A DNA stretch of 64,000 bases, from NCBI RefSeq assembly GCF_009914755.1, contig NC_060931.1; one strand, 5' to 3'. The stretch's first letter is position 1. Each line of letters starts with the position of its first letter. The notes below the pieces were generated by a model that worked only from the letters and a program-made list of their open reading frames with translations, had not been told where the DNA came from and did not search any database. Source of the stretch: the human T2T-CHM13v2.0 reference genome, Homo sapiens. A program made the position numbers and the translations under genes. Shown here piece after piece: positions 10,457 through 24,849 of the stretch.

Positions 10457-11234
10457 TCAAATGGCCTCTTGGTCATTGATCTGATTCTCAGAGTTTCTGC
10501 CTCAGAACTTGACTACCTTTGAATCTTGCTACCCTTGGCACTATGACCTCATACCATCCCTCCTTCCAACATATTCTCTGGATCCTGCAGTCACTCTCTA
10601 CCCACTTCACTGCAAACATGATATTTTGTGGTCCATAAAATATATCCTAAATCAATAACTGTGAACACAGACCCCTTAAGCTGGGGTAGTGAGGAAATGC
10701 CCATTATGTAATTATGGTGGATTGCATTGTAATTTGTTTTAATTGTGAAAAGAGAAACTGATTCAGAACAAGAGTAGATTCTTAAAGAAGAAGAAAAGTA
10801 TTGCAATATTGGTTCAGAACCACCATCTCCAACTTTCTTCTGCTGCAAATAATATCCTCAAATGAGGGCTCTATTATTTTCCCTAATGTCAGCCTTAAAA
10901 GTTAAGTTGCCTCAAGCTCTTCTCTTTTAGGAGCCTTTTGTAGCTAAAGTTGACAAATTTGTCCAAATCCCTTTTGAATCTTTTCATATTTCCAGTTAGT
11001 ACCACCTACAGAAATAATGAGGTGTACATCTTTACAAAATTTGTTGTAAAATTACCCTTTTTTGATCCTAAACTCATCTCATTTGTGTTTTGTATGCCCT
11101 CTCTCCCACCTGTCTTCTTGTTTGTGGACGTGTGAAATAAGTTTGTTTTATGTACATTATTCATTGCATGATAAGCATAGATCATTGTCTTTCTCAGCCC
11201 TTGCTGTCATAGCAGGAGCACTAGCCTGGGGCTC

Positions 11235-11665
11235 CCCAGCCCCTAAGATATCTGTGAGAGAAATACAGGTGATTCATGGACTTGGAAGGGAAAAATTGCA
11301 TCTTAATTTAGTATTTTCTTCCATTAAAAATACCACCAATAGGCATCACAGATATTTTCATATCATGTTATAATTTTTGCGGGTGTATTTAAATATCATT
11401 TATATGCATCACTACTTCGAATTTATGGAATTAGTATATCTGCCATCAGCCCTTGTTACTTACAGTGTGAATAAAGAAACACATATATCACTACATCACC
11501 AATTTTTAATACAAGTGTTTTGATAACTAGGTAGCATTATTATGAGTTTTCTTAGTTGTAGAGTGTATTCTATTTTGTACATGTGAGAACATTATCCAGA
11601 GAAGGCATTCATAAGAACACTAGACTGCCACAGGTGTCCAGGTGCAAAACAGGTGAAGAATCCCT
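11235..11665. mobile_element. Old hAT-Charlie DNA transposon fragment (Charlie4z-like)
   Basis: Terminal GGTGCAAAACAGGTGAAGAATCCCTG and internal GGAAAAATTGCATCTT resemble the recalled consensus. Confidence 0.45.
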
Positions 11666-13484
11666 GTGTTACAGACTACAGAGTCCCAAGATTTTTGGAA
11701 TTCTGTCTTTGTACAGCAGCTCATATATCCTGGAAACCATTTTAACTGCCCTTTATCTAGAGCCCCAGTTCTTGAGAACAGAATTGAGCATAGCATTTAA
11801 GAAACTGAAATGTTATTGTTTATATAAAGGAAAGGTAGGCCTTTCTGCCTTATTTCCAATATATATTTTGCTGATGATTAATATTTTATTGAGCTTGGTC
11901 CCTAGCAGCACACTGGCCTGGTATCCTCAGGAAACATCCTTTCTTAACAGATACTCAGTATCTAATTTCACATGGGAAGTTGTTATCATTTATATTGAAA
12001 TGCATTGCCTTGCTATTTAAAGATGCATGCTCCCCGCTTCTTTATTTGCCCATTGCACTGGTTTACAAGTGTTTCCTATATCTTTTTCTCAATAGCTTGT
12101 TCCTCTCCCCACACAGTTTCATCTACAAGAAACCTCTATGTCTTTTCCCCTCAACATCATTTATAAAGATGCAAAAAAGTACTGGTCTGCAGCTTATCTC
12201 TGAGAAACCAGCTCTTTACATTATGTTTCTCTACCCAGAGACAGGGATGTTCTTTGTTCCCTAAACCAACTCTTTGTATACATGAACTTCCAACCCTACC
12301 CTATCTTCTCAGTCCCATGAAAACTCATTACATAAATTAAAAAACCATTGAGCTCTTTCATAAAAGTTTCCCAACTTTTCTTAATGACTAACATTTTGTT
12401 CCTCTTTATCTAGATGCCTACTTCCTTTCTCAAAGAATTCTAATAAGTCGGCAAGCATTCCCTTGTTTGAGCCATCTGGCTTTCCCTTAATAGAGAATGA
12501 TGTTTAGATTTTATAACTGTCCATTAAAAAGGAATATTTTTGTAACTATTAGATCTCAGGGAGATGGGGTTTAGACAAATCATCAATAGATACAGAATTC
12601 TGATTTTCAGAAGCTTTATTAGTTACTAAAAGTCATTCCCAGCTACTCAGTCCTTCACACACGTGCCACATGCACCCACTCACCTCTGTACGTACTCTTG
12701 TACAGACAGTTCATAGTTACTAACCAGGTGACCAGCTGCTTTTCATAAAATGGTTTTGATGAAACCATTGCTTTGATAACTAAAATGGTAGGAAGCAGCT
12801 ACATGTATCATTTAAATGAACTAGCCCCAAGAAATTCCATTTGGGAGACACTTTCATATAAAATCCAAGAAACTTGCACTAGCATCTAAAAAAGAAAAAA
12901 GGGAAAAAATACCTTTTCACTCAGTGTTTTATTGATGATTTGTTTTCTTCCTGACTCTCCAGAGTACATTTGGTCTTAGTGAGATGTGTTCATCATTTCT
13001 GCCCCAGGGTATAGCCTCCCAGCACGGTGTCCTCTTTGTAGTTGAGTCTTGCATAATTAACACATTTGATGGTATTGTTGAAGTTCTGTATTGAATCTCT
13101 CTTTACCATTTTCTTATAGTAACTGCCATGCTCTCATTCAGCCTCTTGGATTCACTCCATCCAAACCTGTACTCCAATCTCTCCTAATTGACCCATTATC
13201 ATTAACTCAATTGTTAGCTTACTCTAACCATAATGACTGTAAACAATCGTGATGATAAGCTATTCTTACAAGGGTTACTGAAACAATTTGACTCACAGTG
13301 GATCACATCCTCTTATTACAGGCTCGATCAGCCATTTCTCCAGGTCCATCTTGGAGTTCTTGTGAATAGGGAGTGCATTTTCAATTATCCAGTCCAGAAT
13401 TGGGGGCTGTTTTTATGAGTAGACTACATTTTTTGGCCAGTCGTATTCTTGAAATTCCTTCAGAACTCTTTACTGCCTGCCACC

Positions 13485-13841
13485 TGTATTAGTCTGTTTT
13501 CATGCTGCTGATAAAGACATACCAGAAACTGGGTAATTTATAAAGAAAAAGAGGTTTAATGGACTCACAGTTCTACGTGGCTGGGGAGGCCTCACAGTTA
13601 TGATGAAAGGCGAAAGGCACAAGGCATGTCTTACATGGTGGCTGGCAACAGAGCGAAAGGGGTTTCCCCCTTCATGAAACCATCAGATCTCTTGAGACTT
13701 ATTCACTCCCATGAGAACAGTATGAGGAAACCGCCTTCATGATTCAATTATCTCCCACCGGGTTCCTCCCACAACACATGGGAATTATGGGAGCTACAAT
13801 TCAAGATGAGATTTGGGTGGGAACACAGCCAAACCATATCA
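13485..13841 (-). mobile_element. THE1 (THE1B-like) solo LTR
   Basis: TGTATTAGTCTGTTTTCATGCTGCTGATAAAGACATACC...ACAGCCAAACCATATCA; TSD CCACC/TCACC. Confidence 0.93.
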
Positions 13842-13939
13842 TCACCCCACTCTGACAACTGACTTATATTTATTTCATAAATTTAGCTTTGTGCCATGCT
13901 TTACCTGCATAGAAGCCACATGACCATGCCTTTCTTACT

Positions 13940-14474
13940 AACAAAATCCTGATTCTGTTCAGATAAGGATAGGGAAGGGAAGATAGGGATGGCAGGTTCT
14001 TCCTGCAGCCTTGGGGAATGAGTCATAGTTGATATGAGCCAGCCATGGTAATCCCATTCTGCTCTCATAGAAACTCCTTTTCTTGGCCTCCATGCATCAA
14101 AGGATATTTGTAGGTATTCTCTTATTGCAGCTAATAAGAGGAAAGAAGATGTCTTCTGGAGGCTTCCAGAAAGGATTTTGATTCCAAATCTAAGGCCAGG
14201 CTTTCACAAAGAGTAAGCCTTTTTTCCTCGCTCATTCCTTCCTGCTTGGCATGCTAGTGCACAGGCAGGATGTCTGCAGTGGCTGTAGCTGTCTGACAAG
14301 TATGACGGAGTGGTCAAGAGAAACACAGAATGCTGACCCAGCAGCCTAATGTTTCTTTGCCCTCACTAACTCTGTAGGAATCCATTTCCAGAGTTAGCGT
14401 TATGTAGGATAAAGAAACAACTTCTCATAAATCAGATTTTCTGATACTTGCAGCCAAACACATTCTTAACTGAT
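13940..14474 (+). mobile_element. Old MLT1 (J/K-like) LTR
   Basis: AGCCAGCCATGGTAATCCCATT; 3' end TTTTCTGATACTTGCAGCCAAACACATTCTTAACTGAT. Confidence 0.6.
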
Positions 14475-15219
14475 TTGGGCTTAAAATAAAACAGTGTTTT
14501 AACTGTGATTTCCATCTGGGATTTAGGTTGGAATCAAGTTCTACGTTTTGGTTTATAGGTGTACTGATAAGTAAGAATCAAACATTTTAGAGGACATTTT
14601 TAGGAACAAAATACCATCCAATACTCCATGGTGGAAGAAAAAAAAAAGTGATTTGGTAATTCTTGGGAGCTGTAAGACCAGTCAGCAAAGAGAACATTAA
14701 TCACTGGGCCACTCAGCCAGAAGAGGCCTCCAAGAAGGGAACAATCAATGAATAGGTCTTCTCTGGGCAGACAGAAGAAAAGGTCAAAAGCATTAAGCCA
14801 GGAAAGGTAGGGGCATCTCATGTACATTTTCCAGGACTGTGTGTCAGAATAATAACTGTTTCAAGGGAAGCAGTCTGGTATTTCAAGAGAGGCCAGTCTC
14901 AAACACTGGCTTGGGAATGTCCTGCCACTGGCTGGTGGTCCTTGCTCCTTTACTGGAGTTGTATCAGAAGCAAGTATCACAGGGCCATTTGTCTTCACCA
15001 TCCCTCTAGGCTTTAGGGTGGGGAAGCAGGAAGTAGACAAGCAACCCAAATGGAGCACCAAGTAATTTGAAGAATGTCCTGTAAAACCAGTACTAAAAAA
15101 AAAATCTTTGAAATGGAAAAATCTTCAATTTCTCTATGTCCAAGCACAGTTGGGGGAGAGGAGAATGAGAGGTCCTGGTTTGGTAAGATGTGTATTGTTT
15201 GATGTACACACTTTACATG

Positions 15220-15648
15220 TTTAAAAGATTAGTTGCCAACATTTAAAAATCAGGAGATTTTACATAAAAATCTATGTTTCTGATCTCTTTTTAAAAATTA
15301 GCCATCCTGGCAATATTAGGCCTGCATGACATGACATCCTGGCAATATTTCTGCATGACACAGTGGTCAGAGCAGAGTAACCCTTGTCCCGTTTTAGCCT
15401 CATGTGTTCTCTCTAGTTTGCCACCATCACCCTCTCTTGATTGTCTCCATGACACCGAGGCTGAGTGTTAGTTTATCTATCATCACTCTTGCAATGTTAT
15501 TTTTCTCATAATTGAGACTGTCTCTCTCAAGAGTAGGAAAACAAAAGAAAAGATAGAGTAGGCTGCATGTTTCTTACACCCAGCCCACTTCATCATTAAA
15601 ATTAGCTGCCTACCAGCACCTGTAGGCCTTAGAATTTGCAAACCCTAC
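15220..15648 (-). mobile_element. MER102-like hAT DNA transposon
   Basis: TTAGTTGCCAACATTTAAAAATCAGGAGATTTTACATAAAAATC...CCTGTAGGCCTTAGAATTTGCAAACCCT. Confidence 0.7.
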
Positions 15649-16889
15649 TATAACTGTACTACAGACCACAAATGGAAATTTGTCTTTGTGACACTTTCAA
15701 ACTCACCCTTCTTGGAAAAGGGAAGGTGATAAGGTTGATTTTTCTTACAAGGCAAAACATCTTTAGTGCGTGGCAATGGCTAAATTAATTCAGCTTTCCA
15801 GACCCCTTTCCTCTAAGACAGCTAGTCTGACAAATGCCATTGCTAATTAGCGCATCGAGTCATGGCAGAGAATTCTGGAGGTCACAATTAGTGCTTTTCA
15901 ACAGGCCCCACAGATTAAGATATGATTTGCAATCTTCGTCTGGCACTGAGGAAGTCCTGGGTGTCAGCAGTAGGCCCTTTACTTTGTATTGGCAGAGGGT
16001 GCCCCACCAGGGCCATTTGCTGGGACAAAAATCACTCAATTCCAATGCAAGAAAATAAACATATGGCACCATAGTCATGACAAAGTGGACCTGTTTTGGC
16101 TTTGAAGTGTACAGACAAGTTGCCTGCAGCCTGATCATCTCTCATGCTTCATAGTAAAATGCTGTCCCCATGGTGCCTATAAAACCGCTGCTTTCCTCTT
16201 TGATTCTCTCCTAAGCAAGAAAGCATAACACATGCACTTTTTTTTTTAAAAAAAAGACCTATTAATTGGTCAGACAATTAATATATCCACTAAAAGAAAA
16301 GTGCTCTGTGGAACAAGGAGGACTAGATAATTTTATGATGAAAGTGTCAAATCTAAGAATCATCACTCTGTGGGGGCATTTGGTGCTTTGAGGTCAGCAT
16401 CATAACTTTGCTGGCATTCTGGCTGAAGGACTGGCTTAGGGCCTGGAATCTGGACATCCATGACTAATTGGGAAAGCATCTGTGAGTTCCCCCACCTCAG
16501 CTGGGCAGAGATGCAATGAGCAGTTTGAAAGTTACAGGAGAAGTGGAAAGGAAACCACCCGGGCTGTAGCCATTTCTCCTGGAGCGACAGAGACACTCAG
16601 GGGTCAGTGCATGTCATCCAGATACAGCACACCTCTGGCTGGCCATCTGGAAAAGTGCTCATGAGGTCAGATATGGCCGGAACCATGGCAAAGGGAAATT
16701 GTTTGAGCAGGTATAGCAAAGGCTGGGAAGATAAAGACGGGTCTGTCCTCTGGAGACAGAGCAGGCCGAGAGCTCCCATGCCAGTGGATTCTGGAAAATT
16801 GGCAAGGCGGAAAATTTAAAGGAGACAAAAATCATCGGAAAAGTCCCAAGGGCCCTAACACCAAATAGCTCATTAATGCTTGGAAAAAA

Positions 16890-16990
16890 GAGCGAGCGAG
16901 TGTTAATGTGAGTCAGCATGTTGTGACTTGTGAATGGGACTGGCACAAACCTTCGGGATTCGCCTTTGCTGGGTTAGTAAACAGTTAAGA
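16890..16990. promoter_or_regulatory. Candidate enhancer core: ARE/MARE-AP-1 plus forkhead site
   Basis: GTGAGTCAGCA at 16908-16918 and GTAAACA at ~16977 in repeat-free sequence with retained CpGs; motif match only. Confidence 0.35.
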
Positions 16991-17539
16991 ATTCCTTTAG
17001 GATCTTGCTGTTGAGAGCCAAAATATTTTGAGCAAAATACATCACACATCACTTTCTTCCCTGAGTCTATTGCACATATCTTTTGGGTGTCAGTTTCTCA
17101 AGATATCGTAACTTAGTTCACAGAGTGCTTCCACACGTGGCCTTGTAGGACCCTCCCAGTAAGTAACCTTCTGGAGTTGACGGAAGTATTTTAATTTTCA
17201 CGTGAGAGAAATTGAAGATCAGTGAAGTGATTGGCCAGGGTCAGGCTCATGGGTGGGAGACCAGGACTTGAACGCAATTCTCTGATTCTAACTGCAGTGC
17301 TATTTCTGCTCTCTGAGGCTGAATGTTTTCCTGAGATGAGGTTGGTGTGTCACGAAGAATTATCCCCTTCTGTCCTTCGTTTATCTTCAGAAGTGGAAAA
17401 CAGAGAGTTCTGTGGAAGTTAGGTCTCTTGTAGTTGCTCATTTGAAACAAAGTGCTGTTTTGAATAAAGATAAGCCTGGACACACAGGAGATGTGCTCAA
17501 CCTTCCTGAGGCTATTCTCAAAGTTAAGTAGAGGACCCT

Positions 17540-17730
17540 TTCAGCCCAGGAGGTTGAGGCTGTAGTGAGCCGTGATTGCGCCACTGCACTTCAGCCTAAG
17601 CAACAAAGTGAGACCCTGTTTCTAAAAAATAAATAAATAAAATAATAAAAAAGAAATAAGAATATTTAAAAATGAAAATAAAAAATAAAAATATTAAATA
17701 TTAAAGAATTTAAAATTGAAAAAAAAATAA
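17540..17730 (+). mobile_element. Alu right-monomer fragment (AluJ/FRAM-like) with long decayed A tail
   Basis: AGCCCAGGAGGTTGAGGCTGTAGTGAGCCGTGATTGCGCCACTGCAC. Confidence 0.85.
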
Positions 17731-18111
17731 AGGTTAAGAAGGCTTCATACATCACCTTGACTTACTCCTAATATCTGTTTAGGCTTTTCTCACCCATGAA
17801 TGTATCTATACTATGTTTAGGTGTAGTTACAGCTTTCCATCTTCTAGAAGTAATAGATTTATGTGTTTTCTGCCTACAACAAAAAATGTGGCCTCTTTTC
17901 ACTTGTCCTATGACTAACTCCTTCAAATGCTACTTTGCAAAGTGAGCAGTTCCCCTTTCCTGCCCTAAAATAATTTCCCAGTAGCTGTATCATTTTAGTT
18001 CAGTTAGAGATGCGTTCAATTGTACTGTGCTTCTGGGCTATACTCCCTTTCAAAGAAAATACCTCTCCCAGATATTTGTTCCCAAGTATTAGGAACACAT
18101 TAAAAAGTTGG

Positions 18112-18780
<669 letters not shown>

Positions 18781-19164
18781 AGTGATAGTGGCAAAGACTG
18801 ACTTGGGGGGCCTGTAGGCCCGTCTCAGAAACCCCATCTCCTCATTTCTTTAACATGGACACTTGGCATTTTCTTAGCCTTATGTAAAACACTGGGTAAA
18901 TGCAGCTTTGAGAATGCTCCCTCTTTCCAACCACATTGCTGTCTTCAAACCCTTGCTGTAGACGTTCTGGGTTCAAACTGACCCTTATGATGTCAATTAG
19001 AAACTAAATTGGAGTGTGACCTTGGCAAAGATAGAGGACATCTGTAAAATGAGGCAGACAAGCTTGAAGCCCTCCAGGGGACGCTTCTGACTTGATGCCC
19101 TCGCAGTGTGCTGTGAGATGGTGGCCACCAGCTTTGGGATTGAGCCTGTTTTAATTCATATGCC

Positions 19165-19300
19165 GGGTGCTTAGGACCTGTATGAATTGGGGCCCATCTC
19201 CTTCACCCCTCTGAGCCTCAGTTCTCCTGTCTATAAAATGGGGATTGTAGGGATGTTCTCAGGACTAGAGGAAATGTATGTAAAGATCTTGACACAGAGC
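19165..19300 (+). mobile_element. MIR SINE
   Basis: CTCTGAGCCTCAGTTCTCCTGTCTATAAAATGGGGAT core. Confidence 0.7.
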
Positions 19301-19351
19301 TAAATCAATGTCACCATAAGTTTCTGTTTTCAGTGGAAGATAAATGGACTG

Positions 19352-19670
19352 GCCTGGCTTACAGCATATCTCCAATCTCTGCCTTTCTTCCATCACATGG
19401 CTGTCTGCTCACTGTGTGCCCGTGTCTTCACATGACATTCTGTCTGCAGGTGTCTGTCTGTGTCTCTTGTCTTCTTATAAAGATACCAGTCATATTGGAT
19501 TAAGGGCCTACACAACTCTAGTATGACCTCGTCTTACCTGACATCCTAATTACCTCTACAAAAATTACCTGACATCCTAATTACCTCTTTCCAAATAAGG
19601 TCACCGTCACAGGTTCTAGGAATTAGGACTTCAGTGTATCTTTTTTGGGGATACAATTCACCCTGCAACA
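19352..19670 (-). mobile_element. MLT1A/B-type LTR fragment
   Basis: CTTCTTATAAAGATACCAGTCATATTGGATTAAGGGCC...TTCCAAATAAGGTCAC...GGATACAATTCACCCTGCAACA. Confidence 0.8.
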
Positions 19671-21002
19671 GTGATCTCAGGCAAGTCGTTTAACCCTCAG
19701 AATGTCACTTCCATCTTTTGTCTGCCTCTCCCATCTCTTGGAGCAGATCAAATGCAATAATGTTGGGAGAAACGTTTCTATAAAGCATAGAGCGCCTTTA
19801 TGGCTGTATTAGTGCTTGTTCTCACCCTGGAAGGGATGTGGTAAGGTCAGAGATGATGACTGCTGAGCATGTGCGTTCCTTTGGAGCTATCATAAAAATA
19901 AAAGCTTGTAGCATTTATTATTAATAACCTGTTTACTGGATCCCTGGAGACCAAAGAGCCTGCTGATGGGATCCTTTGACACACTTCTCATTTTTCCTCT
20001 CCTGACCACTCCCTCTCCTGAAAGCATGTCTGTGACTTCTGGCTCGAAAGGGAAATGAATGTTTTGTTTTCCCTCCCAAAGAAAATAAACGCTATGCAAG
20101 GGTCACGACAAATTTGTTTCAAGGAATTTTGCTTTTCAAATCCATGCTGACTCCCTGACTTGGTTGCCTGTTAGACCAAAGGATACATTTCCTTGTGTTT
20201 AAGGCCTCTTTGTTTCTGAAGGTTTAAAAACGTGCATGTCTGGTCTGTATGTGCTCAGGGATCATTTGCTTTGGGGAGGGGCTTCTTTGCATTCTTGGCA
20301 TTTCGACCTCTTTGTCTTCCCAGCTGCCCTTTCTTGTCTGTCTTTGGATTTCTTCTTATCCTCTTTATGGGGCCATTTTGTTTAGTTTTCTATAACTTTT
20401 CTTTAACGGCCATTTCCCTCTCTACTTTTCTGCCCCATTTTCCTTCTGCTTTTCTTCTTCACTTCTGCTTCCTTTCCAGAATGTAGATGTCCCTCCCCTC
20501 TCCCACTCACGTCCTTTCCTTCATCCGATTTGGATGGGCTCCTTGGCTAACCTCTGGTTAATTTCATTCTAGGGGCTGCTCAGGCTCTCCGGCCCACAGT
20601 ATACCCTGCAACTCTTCTGTGACAGTTTATAATCTGTTTTATGGACCTGAAAACTATTCAATCTCCTGGCTCCCTAAAGGAGACTGCTGATGCTAAATTG
20701 AATGTGGAGGGTCTGGGTGGTGGAGCTGCTCCTTGATGGACAGCTGCTTATTTATGTCCCTCCGTTGTTTGTTGAGGGATTGTGCTGCTGCCATTCAGGG
20801 GGAGCCACATGACAGCAGGGGGGAGGGGTGGGGGGGGCAGGGGTGGGTGGCCAGGGCCTGTGAAGACAGCACCAGCCCAGTGGACCAGCAGAGGGAGGAA
20901 GGGACTCTTTCTGTCCTTCTCGAAAGGTAGGAATTTCTTTTACAAACCAATTATTTGATAACAGGGTGGGAAGGTACTCCATTCACTGGTTCAGCAATTA
21001 CC

Positions 21003-21298
21003 TTTTTTTTTTTTCTTTTGAGACTAAATCTCATTCTGTTACCCAGGCTTGAGTGCAGTGACATGATCTCGATTCACTGTAACCTCTGCCTCCTGGGTTC
21101 AAGCTCAAGCGATTCTTGTGCCTCAGCCTCTTGAGTACCTGGGATTACAGGCATGTGCCACTACACCTGGCTAATTTTTGTATTTTTAGTAGAGATGGGG
21201 TTTCGCCCTGTTAGCCAGGCTGGTCTGGAACTCCAGACCTCATGTGATCTGCCTGCCTTGGCCTCCCAAAGTGCTGGCATAAGCCACTGCGCCCAGCT
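21003..21298 (-). mobile_element. AluS
   Basis: Poly-T plus Alu body; TSD CAATTACC (20995-21002 / 21301-21308). Confidence 0.95.
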
Positions 21299-21769
21299 GA
21301 CAATTACCCTTTGAGCTCCTGTTAGGACCCAGGCATGATGCTGGGTCCTGGGAGTATAATGTGAGATAAAACATTTTCTTAAAACTGCAAGATCTTATTG
21401 GTCAATACACAAATAATTATAGAAACAAGGTATAATTTCAGGCTATGCTGAACACTGTGGAGTATAACCCGACCTCCTCTCTTGGGAAGCAGAGGGAGGA
21501 GACTGAGGGGTTTCCTATGGGACAGGGACCTTGAGCTGAGAGCTGAGAGGTGGTTAACCAAGGGAAGGTGGAGAGGATGGGGTTCCAAGCAGAGGAAAGC
21601 ACGAATGCAAAGACCTTTAGAGCAGGTCGACCTTGGAGCGTCTGAAGCTCTGAAGACAGGACTTGGGAGCTGGAGAGCATAAAGGCTGAAAGGCCCAAGA
21701 CCCAAGAGAAGGAGGCAGAGGCCATGCTTATTCTGGAAGAGCAGGCACATGTTGAAAAATACAAAAAGG

Positions 21770-22078
<309 letters not shown>

Positions 22079-23046
22079 CTAGTCACTCTTCTGAACTGAT
22101 ATCATACTATTTTGCATGTTTTAAACTTCTCTGAGCTGTAAGGTATAAAGTGCATAAAGTGTATTTATCATAAGTGTACACCTCATTGGATTTTTACATG
22201 AACAGGTTCTATGCCTATATACTTGGGATTCCATTTTTTAATGTAACATTATATCACAAAAATTTTGCACTGTTAAAAGTACTTCAAGAATATGAAACAT
22301 AAAGACTGAATACAATTCTACTACAGGGGGCTTCTTATCCATGCTCAGTGTGTACATTTCTTTTGTGTTGATTTTTCCCGATGGATCTGTGCACTGAACA
22401 TTATTGTGGATAAATGTTGATGCATATCTGGTTATCATAGAAATCCTGGAAGTAAAAGAGGCATATAGGTGAGGCTCTTGATACATATTGTTAGATTGCT
22501 GAAAAATTCCTTTTTTACTTCAGAATTTCCAATGGTATGAAAACATTCCCGGATCCCCTCTGTGTGGTTGTCTCTTCAACTGGGTCTCTCACTAGAGGAC
22601 CATGCCGCTCCTGCTTTGCTCCCTTACATCTGAGTCTGAACAAAGAAAAATTCTCAAGGAAGGGGTTGTTAGTGAGTGTTTGACTTGGTGGGAAAGACTG
22701 ACATGTGGGCCGTGGGCCCCTCCTGTAGATGGGGCCCACTCTAAGAACAAAGTATGGGGCTCTTGCTCACCCCCCTTTCCCAGTAGACTTGTCAGTAGAA
22801 GAGGTTTGCAAGCCATGGAAAGAAGTAAACATCCCTTCAGCCTCAACTGGGCTTCTCAACTGTTCCTCTGGTATTTCTTTCCCCAGTGGACCCACCCATT
22901 CCCCATAAGGTACAAATATTCAGTATTTGTTTGTATTTGTTGAATTAATAAAGATGTAGTTTCTTAAGTGATACTACCTAGTATAATTTCCTCTCATTAT
23001 TATTCTTTTCCAGTCTCATCTCTCTTTCTCTCTGTCTCTCCGCGCC

Positions 23047-23049
<3 letters not shown>

Positions 23050-23098
<49 letters not shown>

Positions 23099-23103
23099 TG
23101 TGT
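23050..23103. repeat. (GT)n microsatellite
   Basis: About 27 dinucleotide units with one TA interruption. Confidence 0.97.
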
Positions 23104-24849
23104 TTATGTAGAGGAGAAAGAAAATAAATATCACCATAGAGAAGGTAAAATTCTGTTGATCTCTTTGGCTCTGCCTTTCTCTCAAAGCAGCAACTCCTTG
23201 CAGGGTTTCTGGGCTTCTCCAGCTGTTTAAAATGGCTGGCCTCCTGTGTGCTTCCTTGTTTGTATGTCTGAGCAAAGTGGAAAATTCAAAGGAAGGTGTT
23301 TTGCTTTTTCCCTGAGCAAGAATGCCGAGCAGGGAAGCACCTCCACCCCGCGTTCCTAATGGAGCTTGCTCTCTGCAGACTGGCTGTGAGCCCAGGTTTA
23401 CAGAAGTTCACTTCAGACAAATACATTCTGCCACTTTCACTCTTGGGAACAGACATGGCAGAATCCCAGTGGGTCATTCCTTCTGTCCCCTGGAGCCGGG
23501 ATTACTTCCTACCTTATAGCCACAATGACTTTTTCAACACAACTTTTAAATAAGCCATAAAATGGAAATATGCCTGGCAAGTGGGGAAATATTCTATTGC
23601 TTGAAAAGGCCCATAGAATCAAACAGCTTGGAGAGAAACAAATAAAGAGAACAATATAAAAGCAACAACAAGGAAAAAATTGCTGCTTATTTTGTTTCTC
23701 TTTTTCTCAGTACAAGGCCAACCTAGTCCTTAGTCCTCCCAAATAACAATGGGTTCCATGTAGGTTTTGAACTCACAGGCCTGAGGCAAGGGGGGCCTGC
23801 CCCAGGTAGGAGGGTCCTGGCTCCAGTGGAACCGGGAGGAACCCCCCAAGTGTGTGTGACTGGACCACAGAGAGGGAGAAGTCATAGCAGGGGTGGCAGC
23901 AGAGAGAAAAGGAATGGAACGTTGCAGAGAGATTATTAAGACAGAAGGCCCAGTTTCAGGATATTAAGAATGGTGGTGAAGAGACCCAGGAGAAGGCAGT
24001 GAGGATCTGCGGTTTTAACTGACCAGCAATTCAGGGAGTGAGGTGCATTTTGGCAGCTGAGGAACACCTTGGCAAGAGGGACAGGGCTGGGCTGAGCTAC
24101 TCTTCCAGATGAACCACCCTGGAACATTGCTGAGCTTTGCAATGTGCAAAGTGCATAAGACATGGTATCTGCCTTCAAAGAGCTTTTAATCCAGCAAAAG
24201 AGACTAATATATGCAACACGTTGGGTAAAACAACGTGTGATAAAGTGTTCTTGTACGGATAATAGACAGGGACTTTTATTGGTGCTCAGAAGGAGGAGCT
24301 AGTTTAGACTGATATAGTTAAGTAGGATTTCCTGGAAGACAAGGATTTGTGCTAAGTCTTGGAGGAAGAAAGAGATTTGGACAGGACTTGCAAAGCATTG
24401 CAGATTCTGGCTCTGTGACATTTGCCAATATTTAGTAGGATCATTTCTGCCAGGGTGACCCCTTAGAGTTTGTGTAATTGCTCCTAAGGATTAGAAGAAA
24501 CACAGCGTTCCTCTTTGCACATGGCAAATGCAGAGGATATGCACATTGGTCTCCACCTAGGCAAGGACATCTGCTGTTTGACCACTGATCAAGACTCTCA
24601 GTCATGCGGCTCAGAAGCCCGATGTTGTCTGCATTCTGAATATGGATCTCTCTTTTCTGAGAGGATGCACGGTTACCAGGTTCAGGGGATGAATGTAGAA
24701 AACCAGAACACTGTACTGTGTACTCGCACTGACAGATGAATGGGCACATGGGTGGAAATATTCATTAGCTTATGTGACCAGCTCTTGTTTTCTCCCATGT
24801 AGGCAGATCTATGAGCAAAGCTGAATTATAAGCAACAGAAGTTACTGTG

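Noticed and set aside
11583-12264. 145-aa and 94-aa hydrophobic ORFs
   Set aside because: Non-ATG starts, AT-rich, begin in a DNA transposon remnant, no recognisable domain
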